Shown here in pieces: positions 60,366 to 64,000 of a DNA stretch of 64,000 nucleotides. Position numbers and translations under genes: made by a program. Source of the DNA: Ginglymostoma cirratum (taxonomy: Eukaryota). Below the pieces are notes generated by a model that did no database searches, was not told where the DNA came from, and saw only the letters and a list, made by a program, of their open reading frames with translations. The stretch is from the NCBI GenBank assembly GCA_024137785.1, contig JAHRHZ010000017.1, forward strand, positions 10,355,251 to 10,419,250, read 5' to 3'. Each line of letters starts with the position of its first letter. The first letter of the stretch is position 1.

Positions 60366-62249
60366 AGTGATGACAATGTTAGTCCCTAGTACTGTGAGGC
60401 CCAACTCTGTTTACAGAGTTTGTCTGAGTGTGTTTTGACAATCTCAATTTAAAATATTATGTGATTTGTTCCTTATCTATGCATAATTATGATAAAATTC
60501 TTGCTATCTTGTGGCAACCTTTATTGATGTCTGATAATTGTATTTGTTATTCTCTATTTAACCTAAACCTTAATTTAACAAAATATTTCCGTTGCCAGTC
60601 ATTAAGTGAAACTATTGCTGGATCAATTTTCTGGTTTGTTTAAATAGAGCCATATAATGTTACTTCTAAAATAATTTCCTTTGTCTTGAGGAAATAGGCG
60701 TCCACAATTCTTATCTGCTCTTTGGAGGGAATATTGAAAAGCAAAGAGGATGCCAATGTTTGTTTTCTCTAATACAGCGTGGCTCTCATCAACTCAAAAG
60801 TATGTGATAACATAGATAAGCTTGCCATTTTTGGAAAGTTAGCAGAGCTGTTGGCTGTAATGGCTGATTTAGTGGGATATTCTGATGGAAAAGTCACTAT
60901 AGCCTCAAGGTTGTTAGCTATGAAATAGCATTGTAATAGGTTTTATTTAATTCATGAATTAGTCAACAACTGATGTTGCTTCCACTTCCCATTCACCCAG
61001 GTAATAAAATTAATTAATATTGGTAATTAGGCTGTCAAGAATGGATTTAAAATTTCCTGTAAGGCATTTGCCTACTGTGCTGCATTAACTTTTTTGTTTG
61101 AAGTTATCAAGCTTAATTATCACTGTTAAGTTAAGGAATGCATTGTCATTTAACCCATACTTGGCTCAGTATGAACTTCTTGTTGTAAGAAACCAAACTG
61201 ATGGTTTAGCTTCAACCATACATTACATGGCATGGGGTCTTCCATTTATTTTAGTGGCAAGAGCACATAGTGAACAACCTATATGGTCTCCAGTGAAAAA
61301 TACTTTGGCAACACTGCTGCACACTAATCCACTTACTCCATATAAGGATCAACATTTTAGATTTTGGTCTGCTTAAGAAAATGTCATTTAGAGATGGAAG
61401 TGTACAAAGTATTTTGGAGGAAAAAAAGTCACATCTTTATAACTGTCAAATGTTTTCTGTTGAGAAAATCAATCTCTTTCATCCATCATAACTTTAAGGG
61501 ATAATCTGGAGAAACTTTCTTCACTGCATATATGAGTAGTGGTGGCAGGGGATTGCACTGATGTATATCTGTATGGTCATGCACAGGTTGCTATAAGACA
61601 TTTCACAGCAGAGTCTGGCCCCCTAATCAGGAACAAAAATAAAGCTGCTGGAAAAGCTCAGCAGGTCTGGCCCCTAATCATCCTGGAACACCTTTGCCTT
61701 TGGACTAAGGCCTGGTTTTGTTGAGACGATGTTGTGCTCAACATGCACAGCCACAATACATTTTAAAAACATCATGAACAGGCATGTTCCACTTGTCAAT
61801 ATGACAACTAAAAATAATATTAGTCACATTCTGATTTCTCTCAATCCAACTGATTGATAACCTATACCAGGTACCAATAGATGGTACATACCAAAATCTT
61901 ACTTCTAACTAGCAATAATCCTATAACTACTAATATTCATGCTGAAACTACAGTCAAAATCACCTATACTGCACAAGATCTAGACAAGCTTCCCAACTGA
62001 TCCCACCTTTAATAAATCCTTTATTTCTGGTTTGAACATGAACTTTTTGTGAGGATGAGAACTTTGAATTGGCAAGTGAGTCAAAATTGCTCATTGTTTG
62101 GAGTTTACATTCTAATACTGGCTGCTGTGGAATGATACGAATGAAACAAAAGGTTTCACAAGGGGAAGTGGGCTTGGTACTCGTGCTACTTTTTGAAGGA
62201 GTTCCAAACTCCTAAACTCCAAGTCACTCTGAGAATTTCCACAGGATGA

Positions 62250-63090
62250 CAGAAATTACAGCACAAATAGTGGTTATTCAGCCCCTGAAAAAATATGAAT
62301 GTTGGAACCCGGAGTAGACCATTTAGTCCCTTGAATCTGTTCCATGAATCAGTAAGATCATGGATGATCTGTTCCTAACTCTATATTTGCCCTTATATTC
62401 TTTAACATTGCTAGATAGCAAAATGCCATCAATCTCAGTTTTCAATTTACAGTTGATCTAACAATCTTTGCGAAGAAAATTCCAAGCTTCTGCAACTCTA
62501 TCTATGTGGATATGATTCTTCATTTCACTCCTGAAAGGTCTTGTTCATATTTTTAGACTATGCTGCCTAGTTTTGGATTTCTCAACCCAGCAGAAATGAT
62601 TTCTCTCAATCTTCTTTAACTGTTCTCCTAAATATCTGGAATTTAATCATATTACCCTTTATTGTTTTAATTCCCAAGGAATACAATTATTAGTTGTTTA
62701 ATTTCTCCTCATAATTTAACCTTGTTGTCCAGAGACCATGCTGTTGAATTGGTTCTGCACTTCTGCCAAGGTCTTCCTTGAGGTCAGGTGCCCAGAACTT
62801 TCTCACAGGGCATGTATGGTCTAACCAGGGCATTAGATATAAAGCATTCTCTTTTGTCTTTTCCACTACCTTCTGTACCTGTTCATGATCTTATCCACCT
62901 TTGTGCGTATGAACGACGTCTTCTATTTCTCGTTAGGAAGTAACCCCTTCTGCCACGGTTTTGCCCATTCACTTAATCTATCAAAATGTATTCAATGTTA
63001 CACATCCACTACACTGTTTAAAATTGCACATATTTTTTGTGGTCTTGGTAAATTTGGGCATATGGCTTTCTATCCCAACGTTCTAAGTTC
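62250..63090 (-). mobile_element. Old CR1 3' fragment
   Basis: Decayed similarity to 42655-43810. Confidence 0.7.
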
Positions 63091-63139
63091 AGCGTAATCA
63101 CCAAAGCCAATTCTGTTTCGTTCTATTCTGTGAAATGCT

Positions 63140-63508
63140 GCCGTTATTCTCTGCCAAACGGCCGCGCAGCTTGCCTCGAGCTAAATGGGAAGAAGGCATG
63201 CGAAACGTCAAGCTTTCCTGCTCCTATGATGCTGCTTGGCCTGCTGTGTTCATCCAGCTCCACAACTTGTTAGCTAAGAAGGCATGTCTCCTGCTGTCGA
63301 GCTCCGAGCGGCGGCGTTCAGCTGTAAATGGGAAACGCTGGCGCTCGGGGGCGCTGATGTATTTGGGACAGTCCGGAATCAATTGGGACTGTTCACCATT
63401 CACAAGGGATTAAACACTGATATAGACTATTCTATTTATTGCTGAGAGGAAACAAAAATACCATTCGCGAAATCTCAATGTTACAGTTTTCGAAAAGAAA
63501 AGGTAAGT
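63140..63508 (+). promoter_or_regulatory. CpG-rich candidate promoter / first exon of a divergent plus-strand gene
   Basis: Dense CpGs (ggccgcgcag, gagcggcggcg, ggcgctcgggggcgc); consensus donor AAG|GTAAGT with GT at 63503-63504. Confidence 0.45.
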
Positions 63509-64000
63509 CTTAAAAGTCAAATACTTTCCGACAGCATTTCACTTGTTTTGCTGTTTTAGTAAAATATTACTTTGAAATCCTGCGGACCAGTAAACAATAT
63601 AGACGGGGGAAGCTTTTGTGTTTGTATTTTTTTAAACAGAAAATGATAACTGTAGGATGACAGAGTTTCCTGGTGCGCTGCTTTTCCCGAACATACCTTT
63701 CAGGTGGGTCACACTGGCTGGAGTGGCTCTTGTAACGTCCTTAAGAATTTACTTTGGCCGTTTCACAGACTGCTACTTGAATTGTCCAATACTGATCCTC
63801 CTAATTATTATTTTGTGTTTTTTTTTAACTCTTCTTTTTCACCCGGTTCTCTGTCAATGTGTGAGACTTAAGGGGGTGCCCAGTTAAAATGAGGTCCTTG
63901 AAACGTAAAGTCATTTTAACCACCTCTGTTTTAGTGAGTGGTGAATAAAAGCAGATATTTGGTTTGGAGAGTGAACGACTGGCAGAATACGTCAAAAATA

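Noticed and set aside
1-64000. CRISPR arrays, operons or other prokaryotic systems
   Set aside because: The sequence is intron- and retroelement-rich vertebrate DNA; no regularly spaced repeat-spacer array was seen.

Overview
Eukaryotic, repeat-rich vertebrate DNA. The repeat families (HE1-type V-SINEs, CR1 LINEs, DeuSINE-like relics, abundant Penelope-like elements) point to a cartilaginous fish, probably a shark (inference). The window holds one complete multi-exon gene on the minus strand: a PQ-loop lysosomal amino-acid transporter of the PQLC2/SLC66A1 family, most like SLC66A1L/PQLC2L. It has 7 coding exons (41704 to 1023) with consistent splice phases, encodes about 313 or 320 aa depending on one donor choice, and ends in a dileucine motif. 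Two CpG-enriched segments with strong splice donors (~57.1-58.1 kb on minus, ~63.1-63.5 kb on plus) may be first exons/promoters of this gene and of a divergent neighbour. The rest is mostly decayed transposons: CR1, Rex1/Babar-like, RTE, a Gypsy relic, a Harbinger-like relic, SINEs and several Penelope-like families. The Penelope-like ends carry minimal hammerhead-ribozyme motifs, often sit as inverted (hairpin) pairs within 13-14 bp target-site duplications, and twice coincide with local templated duplications. Most ORFs in the supplied track are spurious or transposon-derived. I found no convincing wholly new system; the best leads are listed as findings. All calls were made by eye, without database searches.
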